DNA from: a virus
Virus record (IMG/VR): IMGVR_UViG_3300037419_000655
Location: 1 to 44,710 of that record
Direction: 5' to 3' (one strand)
Length of the DNA: 44,710 bases
The notes under the pieces were generated by a model that worked only from the letters and a program-made list of their open reading frames with translations, was not told the origin of the DNA and made no database searches. Positions 30,791-39,966 of this stretch are shown in pieces; position 1 is the first letter of the stretch; each line of letters begins with the position of its first letter. Made by a program: the position numbers and the translations under genes.

Positions 30791-31899
30791 TGGCCGACAC
30801 GAAAGACCTTCTGGCGCAGGCATCGGCGGCGCTGGATGCGGAGCGTGTTGCTTCGCAGGCAACGATTGACGCCCTGAAGGCAACGAACGACAGCCTGAGC
30901 GCGGCGAATGTGCAGCTCCAGGCGCAGCTCGACACCGCCAACGCGACGATTGCCGGCCTCAAGGCTGCCAGCGATCCGTGGGCTGCGGTGGACAAGACCG
31001 GCGCGACGGACGTGACGGACAAGGTGCAGGCCCTGTGGAACAAGGGTCTGCCCATGCCAGCGGGCACGTACCTGCTGGATGCGGTGAAGGGGCTGACGGT
31101 CTCGACGGCCGTCAAGCTGGACCCGCAGACCGTTCTCAAGATCAAGCCGAACGATGCGGCGCGCTACTGCCTCGTCACCGTACTGGCGGGTGGTTCGATC
31201 GACGGCGGCCAGATCTTGGGCGACCGCGATACACATGCCTACTCGACCACCGGCACCGATGAGTGGGGCTATGGCCTCCACCTCAAGGGCAACGGGGCGA
31301 AGGCCAGCAACGTCCAAATCAGCCGCTGCACGGGCGATGGCTGGATCGTGAGCGGCGACAACGTGGAGGCGCGCAACATCGTCTCGACGGGGAATCGCCG
31401 CCAAGGGTGCAGCGTGTTTGCCTGCACGGGCTTTCGGGCCTACGACTGCGTATCCAGTGACACCGCAGGCGCGCCGAATGGGCCGTGTGCGGGATGGGAC
31501 TTCGAGCCGGACAGCGGAAGCATCACGGATGCCCGCCTGGAGCGGTGCATCGCACGGAACAACCGTGCTGGGTTCCTTGGCTGGGTGCGCTCCAACGTGA
31601 CGGGCAATGTGGACGTGACGCTGGTGGACTGCATCACGGACAACAACGCAAACGGAATGCAGGCCCACGGCTACAACGGCAAGGTCAGCATCAAGGTGCA
31701 GGGCGGCACGCACACCAACCGCAGCTCCGGTTGTCGGGTTGAAGCGGGATCGACCTTTGCGGTGGACGGCTGCACGTTTGCGTTCACGGGCAAGGACCGC
31801 ACGGACTTCACCGTGACCGGGCAGGACAGCCGCACCAAGTACGACATCTATGTCCTCACCGGGGGCAAGGCGGTCGTGGGGACGAATACGTACACGTGA
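30790..31899 (+). CDS. Coiled-coil + right-handed beta-helix (pectate-lyase-superfamily, depolymerase/tailspike-like) protein, 369 aa
   Basis: GTG at 30790, with GGAG 9 nt upstream (the ORF track uses TTG at 30775). N-terminal heptads, then AVDKTGATDVTDKVQALW...GTYLL and STGNRRQGCSV...GWDFEPDSG, paralogous to the hub C-terminus. Confidence 0.8.
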   Translation: MADTKDLLAQASAALDAERVASQATIDALKATNDSLSAANVQLQAQLDTANATIAGLKAASDPWAAVDKTGATDVTDKVQALWNKGLPMPAGTYLLDAVKGLTVSTAVKLDPQTVLKIKPNDAARYCLVTVLAGGSIDGGQILGDRDTHAYSTTGTDEWGYGLHLKGNGAKASNVQISRCTGDGWIVSGDNVEARNIVSTGNRRQGCSVFACTGFRAYDCVSSDTAGAPNGPCAGWDFEPDSGSITDARLERCIARNNRAGFLGWVRSNVTGNVDVTLVDCITDNNANGMQAHGYNGKVSIKVQGGTHTNRSSGCRVEAGSTFAVDGCTFAFTGKDRTDFTVTGQDSRTKYDIYVLTGGKAVVGTNTYT

Positions 31900-31975
31900 G
31901 CAAGGGCAGCAACCGACGCCGAGAGGATCGCCCAGGCGGTCGAGGCGAATTGGGCTGGCATCAACTGGAATAGCC

Positions 31976-32305
31976 GTGAGCCGCAAGCTGCTAACGCTGA
32001 AGCCCCGGGTACTGACAGCGGAGCCAAGGCTCCAGACGGTGAACCCGAACAGTTGGCGGGACGGCAAGACCACGGCTGAGCGTGGGTATGGAGCGAGATG
32101 GCAGCGGGCCAGGCTGCGCTTCCTCGCCAAGCATCCGCTCTGTGTGATGTGTGAGGCTGAGGATAGGGTCGGCGCTGCGACGGTCGTTGATCACATCAAG
32201 CCGCATCGTGGGGACATGGTGCTGTTCTGGGATGAGGCGAACTGGCAGCCGTTGTGCGCCAATCACCACTCCTCGGACAAGGCGAAGGCGGAAGCCGAGG
32301 GGTAG
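31976..32305 (+). CDS. Terminase-associated HNH endonuclease, 109 aa (GTG start)
   Basis: GYGARWQRARLRFLAKHPLCVMCE...VVDHIKPHRGD...NWQPLCANHH. Lies immediately upstream of TerS/TerL, as in HK97-like cos phages. Confidence 0.85.
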   Translation: MSRKLLTLKPRVLTAEPRLQTVNPNSWRDGKTTAERGYGARWQRARLRFLAKHPLCVMCEAEDRVGAATVVDHIKPHRGDMVLFWDEANWQPLCANHHSSDKAKAEAEG

Positions 32306-32403
32306 GGGGCCTCGATCTCTAGGGCTGCCCCGCCGCCATGACCACTCGTCCCCGCATGTAGAGATTAAATCCCGCTTTGATTTATGACTGAGAGGTTAAG
32401 ACG

Positions 32404-32745
32404 ATGGCACGAGGCGGCTATCGGCCTGGTGCTGGGCGTCCACCGGGCTCAGGCAAGGGCCAAAACGAAGGCTCGATTCACGATGAGGGCGCGGCCGAGC
32501 CGTGTGCGGCTGACCTTGAGCCTGTCGAGCGCACGCCGCTCGAATACATGCTCGCGGTGATGAACGACACGACGGCCGATGCGGCGCGTCGTGACCGCAT
32601 GGCGATTGCTGCTGCCCCGTTCGTCCACGGGAAAATCCCCGAGGGCGGCAAGAAGGAGCAGGCGAAGGGCGCGGCCAGGGCTGTGGCGGCCGAGGGCAAG
32701 TTCCGCCCCGGCGAGCCGCCCAAGTTGTCGGTGGTCCAGAAGTAG
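32404..32745 (+). CDS. terS: Terminase small subunit, 113 aa
   Basis: Position between HNH and TerL. The segment TPLEYMLAVMNDTTADAARRDRMAIAAAPFVH is typical of HK97/P27-type small subunits. Confidence 0.7.
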   Translation: MARGGYRPGAGRPPGSGKGQNEGSIHDEGAAEPCAADLEPVERTPLEYMLAVMNDTTADAARRDRMAIAAAPFVHGKIPEGGKKEQAKGAARAVAAEGKFRPGEPPKLSVVQK

Positions 32746-32748
32746 CGC

Positions 32749-34458
32749 ATGGAGTGGACGACAGCCTGCCCCGATTGGGAGAGCAGGCTGATCGAGGGGC
32801 GGTCCATCATCCCGCCTCCGATCTTCCCGGAGCAGGCCGAGCAAGCTCTAGCGATCTTCAAGCAGTTGCGCGTTGTCGATCTGCCCAAGACGGTATGGGA
32901 TGAGGCGCTAGGGGGATATCGGAGCCCCAACTTCGGCGAGTGCGCCGAGCAGTGGGTGTTCGATTTCGTCGCGGCCATCTTTGGCGCGTACGACGCGGAG
33001 ACGGGCAACCAGCTCATCCGCGAGTTCTACCTGCTCATCAGCAAGAAGAACACGAAGTCCACCATCGCGGCCGGCATCATGCTGACGGCGGTGATCTTGT
33101 GCTGGCGCAACGACGAGGAGCATCTGATCCTCGCGCCGACCAAGGAAGTGGCGGACAACAGCTTCAAGCCGGCCGCTGGCATGGTTCGCGCCGACGACGA
33201 CCTGCTCGCGCTGTTCCATATCCAGGACCATCTGCGAACGATCACCCACCGGGAGACGAATGCGTCCCTGAAGGTGGTCGCGGCGGACACCGAGACGGTA
33301 TCGGGCAAGAAGTCCGGGCGCGTGCTGGTGGACGAGCATTGGGTGTTCGGCAAGCGCGCGAACGCCGAGGCGATGTTCATGGAGGCGTTGGGCGGCCAAG
33401 TGTCGCGCAACGAGGGTTGGGTGATCTACCTGACCACGCAGTCCGACGAGCCGCCCGCGGGCGTCCTCAAGGACAAGCTGTCGTATTTCCGCGATGTCCG
33501 GGACGGAAAGATCCAGGACCGCAAGTCCCTCGGGGTGCTGTACGAGTTCCCCGAGCGGATGCTGAAGGACAAGTCCTACCTAGACCCGGCCAACTTTTAC
33601 ATCACCAACCCGAACATCGGGAAGTCGGTGAGTGCGGAGTGGCTGTCGGACCAGCTCGTCAAGCAGCAATCCAAGACGGACGGCTCGCTACAGCAGTTCC
33701 TTGCGAAGCATCTCAACGTCGAAATCGGCCTAAACCTTCGGACCGACCGATGGGCGGGTGCGGACTTTTGGGAGGACGCAGGCGACAAGTCGATCACCCT
33801 CGACTACATCCTCGCGAACTGCGACGTGGTGGTGCCGGGGATCGACGGTGGCGGCCTGGACGACCTGTTGGGGCTGTCCTTGCTGGGCCGCGAGATGGGC
33901 ACCGGGCGCTGGCTCCACTGGGGCCATGCGTGGGCTCACAAGATCGCCTTGGAACGCCGCAAGGATATCGCGCCCCGCCTGCTGGACTTCCAGCAGGAAG
34001 GCGACCTGACGATTGTGGAGCGTCCGGGGCAGGACGTTGCGGAGGTGGCGGATTTTGTCTGCCGCGTGCGTGACGCTGGACTGCTCGCGGCCAAGCACCC
34101 CATCGGGGTGGACGCGGCCGGCATTGGCGACATCGTGGACGAGCTGTTGTCGCGCGGCTTTCAGGTCGAGGACATCACGGCGGTTCAACAGGGATGGCGC
34201 TTGAACGGCGCGATCAAAACCACCGAGCGCAAGGTCGCGGGTGGCGAGTTCGCGCACGGGGCGAGTCCGCTCATGGCCTGGTGCGTCAGCAACGCCCGCA
34301 TCGAGGACAAGGGCAACGCCATCTCGATCACGAAGCAGGCTTCCGGCAAGGCAAAGATCGACCCGCTCATGGCGGTGTTTAGCTCCGTTTCGCTGATGGC
34401 GCTCAATCCAGCGCCCGCGCGGAACCCCTACGAATCCCGAGGAATCCGGACACTGTGA
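32749..34458 (+). CDS. terL: Terminase large subunit, 569 aa
   Basis: Size, position and HK97-type Terminase_1 features, including a Walker-like region and the nuclease C-terminus (...GKAKIDPLMA). Confidence 0.9.
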   Translation: MEWTTACPDWESRLIEGRSIIPPPIFPEQAEQALAIFKQLRVVDLPKTVWDEALGGYRSPNFGECAEQWVFDFVAAIFGAYDAETGNQLIREFYLLISKKNTKSTIAAGIMLTAVILCWRNDEEHLILAPTKEVADNSFKPAAGMVRADDDLLALFHIQDHLRTITHRETNASLKVVAADTETVSGKKSGRVLVDEHWVFGKRANAEAMFMEALGGQVSRNEGWVIYLTTQSDEPPAGVLKDKLSYFRDVRDGKIQDRKSLGVLYEFPERMLKDKSYLDPANFYITNPNIGKSVSAEWLSDQLVKQQSKTDGSLQQFLAKHLNVEIGLNLRTDRWAGADFWEDAGDKSITLDYILANCDVVVPGIDGGGLDDLLGLSLLGREMGTGRWLHWGHAWAHKIALERRKDIAPRLLDFQQEGDLTIVERPGQDVAEVADFVCRVRDAGLLAAKHPIGVDAAGIGDIVDELLSRGFQVEDITAVQQGWRLNGAIKTTERKVAGGEFAHGASPLMAWCVSNARIEDKGNAISITKQASGKAKIDPLMAVFSSVSLMALNPAPARNPYESRGIRTL

Positions 34459-35897
34459 AAGCGACTCGGGAAGAAATGGCAGCGGCCATCGAGCGCGCCC
34501 GCAATTCGGCGACCTTGCGCGAGCCGGAGTGGTGGCGGCAGATGCCGGCCTTTGCGCCGACGATCTCCGGGCAGACGGTCACGCCGGAAACCGCCTTGGC
34601 GGTCACGGCAGTCTATGCGTGCGTGCTGATCCTCGCCGAATCGGTGGCGTCGCTACCGTTGAGCGTATATCGCCGGCTGCCCAATGGCGGCAAGGAAGTC
34701 GCGACCAACCATCCGGTCCATCAACTGCTCCACGTCGCCCCCAACGACGAGCAGACGGCCTTCGAGGCCATCGAGTACCGCATGGCCTGCCTCGGGCTGC
34801 GAGGCAATGCCTACAGCGCGCTGACGATCAACGGGCGCGGTGACATTCGCGACATCCAGCCGCTCCGCCCGCAGCACATGCGGCTGGACCGGGACGCGGC
34901 GGGCCGCTTGGTGTTCGACTACCAGGAGCCGGGCGCGGCGAAGGTCTACCCCAAGAACCTGATCTGGTACACGCGCGGCTTCGGGACGGACGGCGTGACC
35001 GGTCTGTCGCCCATCGGCGTGCATCGCGAGGCCATCGGCTACGCGATGACGCTGAACGAGCATGGCAATCGGATGTTCGCTAACGGGGCGATGGTGGGCT
35101 CAACCATCGAAGTGCCGGTGGAGTGGTCGGAAACTGCCTTCCAGAACTTCAAGGCCGACTTCAAGGAAAACCACGGCGGGCGGCTCAACGCTAACAAGCC
35201 GCTGATCCTCGAGGCGGGTGCGAAGTTCAACACCATCGGCATGTCGCTGGTGGATGCAGAATACATCGCCAGCCTCAAGAATGCGATTGCGGAAGTTGCG
35301 CGAATCTACCGCATTCCGCTGCACATGCTCAACGAGTTGGAGAACGCGACGTTCTCGAACATTGAGCACCAGTCGCTGGAGTTCGTGACCCGCACGCTGC
35401 TCCCGTGGCTCAAGCGCATCGAGGATTCCGCGAACCGCGACCTGTTCGGGCCGCTGGAGCGCGGAACGTACTACGTCAAGTTCAACGTGGACGCCCTGCT
35501 GCGCGGTGACATCAAGAGCCGGTATGAGGCGTACCAGATCGCGGTCGGCGGCAATAACGGCCCCGGCTGGATGGCCCGTAACGAGGTCCGTGTCCTAGAG
35601 GACATGGACCCATTGCCGGGGCTGGACGAGATCTACGTCCCGGCTGCACCTGCTGCGCCAAAGCCCGGCGATCCGGCAGCAGAGAAGCCGCAGAAGGCCG
35701 GCAACAAGCTGCCCGCCATCGTCAAGGCGCTGCGGATAGAGCGCGAACGGCGCACGGACGACAGCAATTTCCACGGCTGGGCCAGCGATTACCTGCATCG
35801 CATGTGCGAAGGCACGGATACCAACCCCCACGACATGCTGGATGACCTCCAGACCCTCGGCGTAGAAGGCGCAATCGACCAATGGCTGAAATCCTGA
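34455..35897 (+). CDS. Portal protein, HK97 family, 480 aa
   Basis: GTGA overlap with TerL. Size and order (TerL-portal-protease-capsid) fit, along with the conserved ...NLIWYTRGFGTDGVTGLSPI... core. Confidence 0.9.
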   Translation: MKATREEMAAAIERARNSATLREPEWWRQMPAFAPTISGQTVTPETALAVTAVYACVLILAESVASLPLSVYRRLPNGGKEVATNHPVHQLLHVAPNDEQTAFEAIEYRMACLGLRGNAYSALTINGRGDIRDIQPLRPQHMRLDRDAAGRLVFDYQEPGAAKVYPKNLIWYTRGFGTDGVTGLSPIGVHREAIGYAMTLNEHGNRMFANGAMVGSTIEVPVEWSETAFQNFKADFKENHGGRLNANKPLILEAGAKFNTIGMSLVDAEYIASLKNAIAEVARIYRIPLHMLNELENATFSNIEHQSLEFVTRTLLPWLKRIEDSANRDLFGPLERGTYYVKFNVDALLRGDIKSRYEAYQIAVGGNNGPGWMARNEVRVLEDMDPLPGLDEIYVPAAPAAPKPGDPAAEKPQKAGNKLPAIVKALRIERERRTDDSNFHGWASDYLHRMCEGTDTNPHDMLDDLQTLGVEGAIDQWLKS

Positions 35898-36505
35898 TCT
35901 ACGACGACATCGGCCCAGAGGAGTGGGGCGGGGTGTCGGCAAAGGCCGTCAAGGCGCAGCTCGACGCGATGCCGGAGGCCGACCAGATCGTGGTCCGCAT
36001 CAACTCGCCGGGCGGCGACGTGTTCGACGGCTTCGCGATCTACAACCTGCTCAAGCAGCACCCGGCCCACATCACCGTCAAGGTGGACGGCATGGCGGCC
36101 TCGGCTGCGTCGGTCATTGCGATGGCTGGCGACACCATCGAGATGGCCTCCAACGCTCGCATGATGATCCACAACCCGTGGACGCTCGCTGTGGGCGACT
36201 CGGCGGAAATGCGGAAGAAGGCCGAACTGCTCGACCAGATCAAGGAATCCATCGTCGCGACCTACAAGGCGCGCGTGAAGATGGAGGAGGCCGACATCGC
36301 CGAAGCGATGGACTCCGAATGGTGGTTCGGCGCCAAGGCTGCCATCGAGCATGGCTTCGCCGACGCCGAGTCCGGCGCTGCCAAGGCCATCAATAACACC
36401 GCGAAGCCGTGGATTCGCAATGCGCCCGTGGAGCCTGTCGCTCCCGAGCCGCCTGCTGTCCCCGAGTTCCGCATCGCTGCCCGCCAGCGGTTCCCCATTA
36501 GCTAA
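35882..36505 (+). CDS. Prohead maturation protease, ClpP/S14-like, 207 aa
   Basis: INSPGGDVFDGFAIYNLL...VDGMAASAASVIAMAGD contains the Ser-site context of ClpP-type head proteases. Confidence 0.9.
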   Translation: MAEILIYDDIGPEEWGGVSAKAVKAQLDAMPEADQIVVRINSPGGDVFDGFAIYNLLKQHPAHITVKVDGMAASAASVIAMAGDTIEMASNARMMIHNPWTLAVGDSAEMRKKAELLDQIKESIVATYKARVKMEEADIAEAMDSEWWFGAKAAIEHGFADAESGAAKAINNTAKPWIRNAPVEPVAPEPPAVPEFRIAARQRFPIS

Positions 36506-36558
36506 GGGCGGACGCCCCAGCTAAACGCCAACGGCGGACGCCTGAGGCAATCAACCAA

Positions 36559-36581
36559 GCCGCCGAGAGGCGGTTTTTTTG
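36559..36581 (+). terminator. Short intrinsic terminator between the protease and capsid genes
   Basis: CCGCC-gaga-GGCGG followed by TTTTTTT. Confidence 0.55.
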
Positions 36582-36615
36582 TGCCCGAAAGGGCGTCCAA
36601 CTGAGACAACCCCAA

Positions 36616-37800
36616 ATGATCGACAACAAGCTGCTGGCCGAACGCGGCCAGTGCATCGAAGCCATGCGCGCATTGCTGAACCGCGCCGAGGCAGAAGGCC
36701 GCGATCTGTCGGCCGACGAGCAGGCCGAGTACGGCCGCCACGAAGCCCGTCAGACCGAGATCGGCAACCTCGCCAAGCGCGCCGAGAAGTTCGGCCAGCT
36801 CGACGCGGAAGTGGGCCAGGCGGTGAACACCGTCACCAAGCTCGCCGTCGCGGCGGATGGCCGCAAGGACTTCCGCAACAGCGCCGAATACAAGGAAGCC
36901 CTCGATGTCGTGCTGCGCCGTGGTTCGGCGGGCATTCTCGACCCGCGCATCCACAACGCCCTTCAGGTCGGCACCAACTCCGAGGGCGGCTATGTCGTCC
37001 CGCAGGAGTTCGAGACGACCCTGCTGGAAGCCCTCCAGGACATCAATGAGATCCGCAACTACGTCTCGGTGATCTCGACGGCCTCGCAGCACCACATCCC
37101 GGTCGAATCGACGCTCGGTTCAGCGGCGTGGACGGCGGAAGAAGCGGCCTACAACGAGTCCGATGCGGCGTTCAACCGCGTCACGCTGAACGACTACAAG
37201 GCCACCACGATCATCAAGGTGTCCGAGGAGCTGCTCCGCGATTCGTTCTTCGACATGCAGGGCTACCTGGCCCGCAACTTCGGCAAGCGGTTCGGCATCC
37301 TTGAGGAAGCCGCGTTCGTCAACGGCGACGGCTCGGCCAAACCGACCGGCATCGTGCCGGGCGCGTCGCTGGGCAAGACCGCTGCGGGCACCGCCGCGAT
37401 CACCACGGACGAACTGATCGACCTGTATCACTCGCTGAATCGTCCGTACCGTAAGAACGCGGTGTGGATGATGGCCGATGGCACCGCCAAGCTGATCCGC
37501 AAGCTGAAGGACACCACCAACCAGTACCTCTGGCAGCCGGGCCTTGTGGCCGGTCAGCCGGACACGCTGCTGGGTCGTCCGGTCATCGTGTCCAACTCGA
37601 TGCCGGCCGCGACCACGGGCCTGAAGTCGGTGGTGTTCGGTGACCTGTCGTACTACACGGTCGCCGACCGTCAGGGCGTCACCGTACAGCGTCTGAACGA
37701 GCTGTACGCCGCCACCGGCCAGGTGGGCTTCCGCGCCTTCAAGCGCACCGACGGCAAGGTCACGCTGTCGGAAGCCATCAAGTACCTGATCCAGGCGTAA
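36616..37800 (+). CDS. Major capsid protein, HK97 fold with an N-terminal delta (scaffold) domain, 394 aa
   Basis: Helical about 100-aa N-terminus, then the HK97-type core (...GGYVVPQEFETTLLEAL...). No separate scaffold gene is present. Confidence 0.9.
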   Translation: MIDNKLLAERGQCIEAMRALLNRAEAEGRDLSADEQAEYGRHEARQTEIGNLAKRAEKFGQLDAEVGQAVNTVTKLAVAADGRKDFRNSAEYKEALDVVLRRGSAGILDPRIHNALQVGTNSEGGYVVPQEFETTLLEALQDINEIRNYVSVISTASQHHIPVESTLGSAAWTAEEAAYNESDAAFNRVTLNDYKATTIIKVSEELLRDSFFDMQGYLARNFGKRFGILEEAAFVNGDGSAKPTGIVPGASLGKTAAGTAAITTDELIDLYHSLNRPYRKNAVWMMADGTAKLIRKLKDTTNQYLWQPGLVAGQPDTLLGRPVIVSNSMPAATTGLKSVVFGDLSYYTVADRQGVTVQRLNELYAATGQVGFRAFKRTDGKVTLSEAIKYLIQA

Positions 37801-37807
37801 GACCTCG

Positions 37808-37840
37808 GCGGGGTCGGGCTTCGGCTCGGCCCCGCTTTTT
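37808..37840 (+). terminator. Strong intrinsic terminator after the capsid gene
   Basis: GCGGGGTCGGGC-ttcg-GCTCGGCCCCGC gives 12 bp including two G-U pairs, followed by TTTTT. Confidence 0.8.
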
Positions 37841-37850
37841 GGGAGGCGAT

Positions 37851-38021
37851 ATGGCAGTTCGCATGTTGTGTGCAATGGCCGGCGACGACTTCTCGGTCGT
37901 GGCGGGCGAGAAATACGAATCGGACGCGGCCCATGAGGCGCGGCTGATTGAGGCCGGCTTGGCAGAGCCGTGGGTGGAGGAGGGCGAGAAGCCCGCCCCG
38001 AAGGCCAAGAAGCAGAAATGA
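37851..38021 (+). CDS. Small head-region protein, 56 aa
   Basis: GGGAGG RBS. Reads MAVRMLCAMAGDDFSVVAGEKYESD... ATGA overlap with the connector gene. Confidence 0.5.
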   Translation: MAVRMLCAMAGDDFSVVAGEKYESDAAHEARLIEAGLAEPWVEEGEKPAPKAKKQK

Positions 38022-38605
38022 TCCTTTCCCGCGTCACCGCGCCTGTCGCGACGCCTGTCTCTCTGACCGAGGCCAAGGCGCACCTGCGCGTCACCGGCAC
38101 CGATGAGGACACGACGATCCAGATGTACCTCGACGCAGCCGTCGCCCATGTGGACGGCGCGGAGGGCTTGCTGGGGCGCTGTCTCGTGACGCAGGAGTGG
38201 GACTACACGATCAACCGCTTCCCGTGCCGCGTGCCGCATCACCCCGGGCGCACTTGGAACGCAATCGACGTGCCGTTGCCGACGCTACAGAGCGTCACCA
38301 GCGTGAAGTATTACGACCCGGACGGTGTGCAGCAGACGATGGACCCGGCCGGCTACATCGCCAGCGGGCAGCAGATCGTGCCTGTGGACGCATGGCCGGA
38401 CTACGACACCACGCGCCCCGGCGCGGTCACGGTGCGGTTCACGGCCGGCTACGGCAACGCGACGGCGGTGCCTGCGGCAATCAAGGCCGCGATCCTGCTC
38501 TACATCGGCGACCTGTACGCCAACCGCGAGGCGCAGGGCGAGCAACTGTTTGCCAATGACGCGGCGCGCCGCCTGCTCGCCCCATTCCGGAAGGTGCGGG
38601 TGTGA
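38018..38605 (+). CDS. Head-tail connector (gp6-like) protein, 195 aa
   Basis: PVSLTEAKAHLRVTGTDEDTTIQMYLDAAVAHVDG is the typical Phage_connect_1 N-terminus. Confidence 0.8.
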   Translation: MILSRVTAPVATPVSLTEAKAHLRVTGTDEDTTIQMYLDAAVAHVDGAEGLLGRCLVTQEWDYTINRFPCRVPHHPGRTWNAIDVPLPTLQSVTSVKYYDPDGVQQTMDPAGYIASGQQIVPVDAWPDYDTTRPGAVTVRFTAGYGNATAVPAAIKAAILLYIGDLYANREAQGEQLFANDAARRLLAPFRKVRV

Positions 38606-38931
38606 AGGCGGGTTCGCTGCGGTCCTACATCACGCTCCAGACGCGCGACAGCGGCACGGACGACGCCGGCCAGCCGATACAGACGTGGACGACGCTCGCC
38701 ACGGTATGGGCGGACATCCGCGGCGCGAACGGGCTGAACACCATCAAGGCGTCGCTGGATGGCGTGGAGATCAACGCCTACAGCTTCCGCATCCGGTATC
38801 GCACGGACGTGGATGCCGCCAAACGCGTGGTGTACGGCGGCCAGAACTACGACGTGAAGCAGGTGCGGCACGACTTCGCGCGGAAGGAGTGGACGGATCT
38901 CATTTGCGAGGTCGGCGGCAATGACGGTTAG
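38602..38931 (+). CDS. Head closure / head-tail adaptor protein, 109 aa (GTG start)
   Basis: GTGA overlap. MKAGSLRSYITLQTR...W...VWADIRG follows the head-tail joining family pattern. Confidence 0.7.
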   Translation: MKAGSLRSYITLQTRDSGTDDAGQPIQTWTTLATVWADIRGANGLNTIKASLDGVEINAYSFRIRYRTDVDAAKRVVYGGQNYDVKQVRHDFARKEWTDLICEVGGNDG

Positions 38932-39400
38932 CGCCAAGCTCGACGTGTCCGGCTGGACGAAGGCGCTGGACAAGTTGGCCGGCGAGAAGCGCGTCAGCCT
39001 CGCCCGCTCCATGTGCGTGGCGGGCGGCGAAGTCCTGCGCGACGAGGCCAAGTTGCTGGCTCCGGTCAAGGACGGCGTGCTGAAGGACGCGATCTACCTC
39101 GCCTACAAGGACGCGCTGTCGGGCGAGTCGCGGCAGGTGTATTCGGTGAGCTGGAATCACCGCAAGGCTCCACACGGCCACCTGATCGAGTTCGGCCACT
39201 GGCAGCCCTACAAGGTCGTCAAGTTGCCAAACGGTGACTGGTTCACCACCAAGGAAAAGCTGCCGAGTCCGAAATGGATCTCGGCCAAGCCGTTCCTGCG
39301 GCCGGCCTACGACATCGCGAAAGAGCGCGCCGTGCAGGCCATGATCGAGCGCGGCAAGCAGCGCCTGCCGGAATTGCTGGGAGAAGACAGTGGGGATTGA
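38921..39400 (+). CDS. HK97 gp10-like neck / tail-completion protein, 159 aa
   Basis: HGHLIEFGH motif and position after the adaptor. Confidence 0.75.
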   Translation: MTVSAKLDVSGWTKALDKLAGEKRVSLARSMCVAGGEVLRDEAKLLAPVKDGVLKDAIYLAYKDALSGESRQVYSVSWNHRKAPHGHLIEFGHWQPYKVVKLPNGDWFTTKEKLPSPKWISAKPFLRPAYDIAKERAVQAMIERGKQRLPELLGEDSGD

Positions 39401-39740
39401 GGCCAGCATCAAGACGGCGCTGGCGTCGATTGCGGGCGGGCGCGTGTATCCCGACACGCCACCGGACAACCCGACGTTCCCGTGCATCGTGTACCAGCAA
39501 GTCGGCGGCGATGTCATCAACCCGCTGGAATGCACCGACCCGAACCTCGACAACGCCCGCATCCAAGTATGGGTGTGGGCAAAGACGCGCCTGGAAGCGT
39601 CCAGCGTCATGCGTCAGGTCCGCATCGCGCTGACAGGATCGCTGAAAGCCTATGCGCTCGGCGCTCCGGTATCCGATTACGTTGAAGAATTGAAGAACTA
39701 CGGCAGCCGTACCGATTTCAGCATCTGGTACGCGCCATAA
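39390..39740 (+). CDS. DUF3168-like tail terminator / completion protein, 116 aa (GTG start)
   Basis: IKTALASIAGGRVYPDTPPDNPTFPCIVYQQVGG matches the family N-terminus. It is the last gene before the major tail protein. Confidence 0.7.
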   Translation: MGIEASIKTALASIAGGRVYPDTPPDNPTFPCIVYQQVGGDVINPLECTDPNLDNARIQVWVWAKTRLEASSVMRQVRIALTGSLKAYALGAPVSDYVEELKNYGSRTDFSIWYAP

Positions 39741-39810
39741 GAAATGTCCCTACGGCGCGCCTAGCAAGGCGTGGCGACACCTGTGTGCGACGGGCAGCGG
39801 GGCGAGGCAA

Positions 39811-39906
39811 CCGGTGAAGGACGCGGGCGGTACCGCCCAAAGTCCCTGACGGGTCCGGTGAAGGCTAATGGCGGCGAGGATCAATCGCCGCTCATGCCCT
39901 GACGGG
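39811..39906 (+). repeat. Two tandem hairpin modules with conserved flanks (39811-39853 and 39855-39906)
   Basis: Each module is CCGGTGAAGG + imperfect GC hairpin + CCCTGACGGG. The hairpins are GGAC..GGGCG-gtac-CGCCC..GTCC and GGC..GGCGGCGA-ggatcaa-TCGCCGC..GCC. Confidence 0.45.
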
Positions 39907-39936
39907 CTGGGCTAACTACTGTCGCAGCTATTTCGA

Positions 39937-39966
39937 GGCCCGCCATTGCGCGGGCCTTCTCGTTTC
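39937..39966 (+). terminator. Intrinsic terminator-like hairpin inside the tail operon
   Basis: GGCCCGC-cattgc-GCGGGCC followed by TTCTCGTTTC. Confidence 0.55.

Noticed and set aside
39844-39906. CCCTGACGGG hairpins as lambda/P22-type boxB nut sites
   Set aside because: They have only 3-4-bp stems with a 4-nt loop, no boxA is nearby, no N-like protein was found, and the location in the tail operon is atypical.
39825-39925. Resemblance to the fluoride (crcB) riboswitch (CCGCCCAAAgtCCCTGAcGGG ... GGGCTGGGCTAACTACTG versus my recollection of CCGCCCAAACTGCCCTGAAAAGGGCTGATGGCCTCTACTG)
   Set aside because: The similarity is split across two modules, the pseudoknot partner for the 3' tail is missing, and the comparison rests on memory. 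It needs an Infernal scan before any claim.
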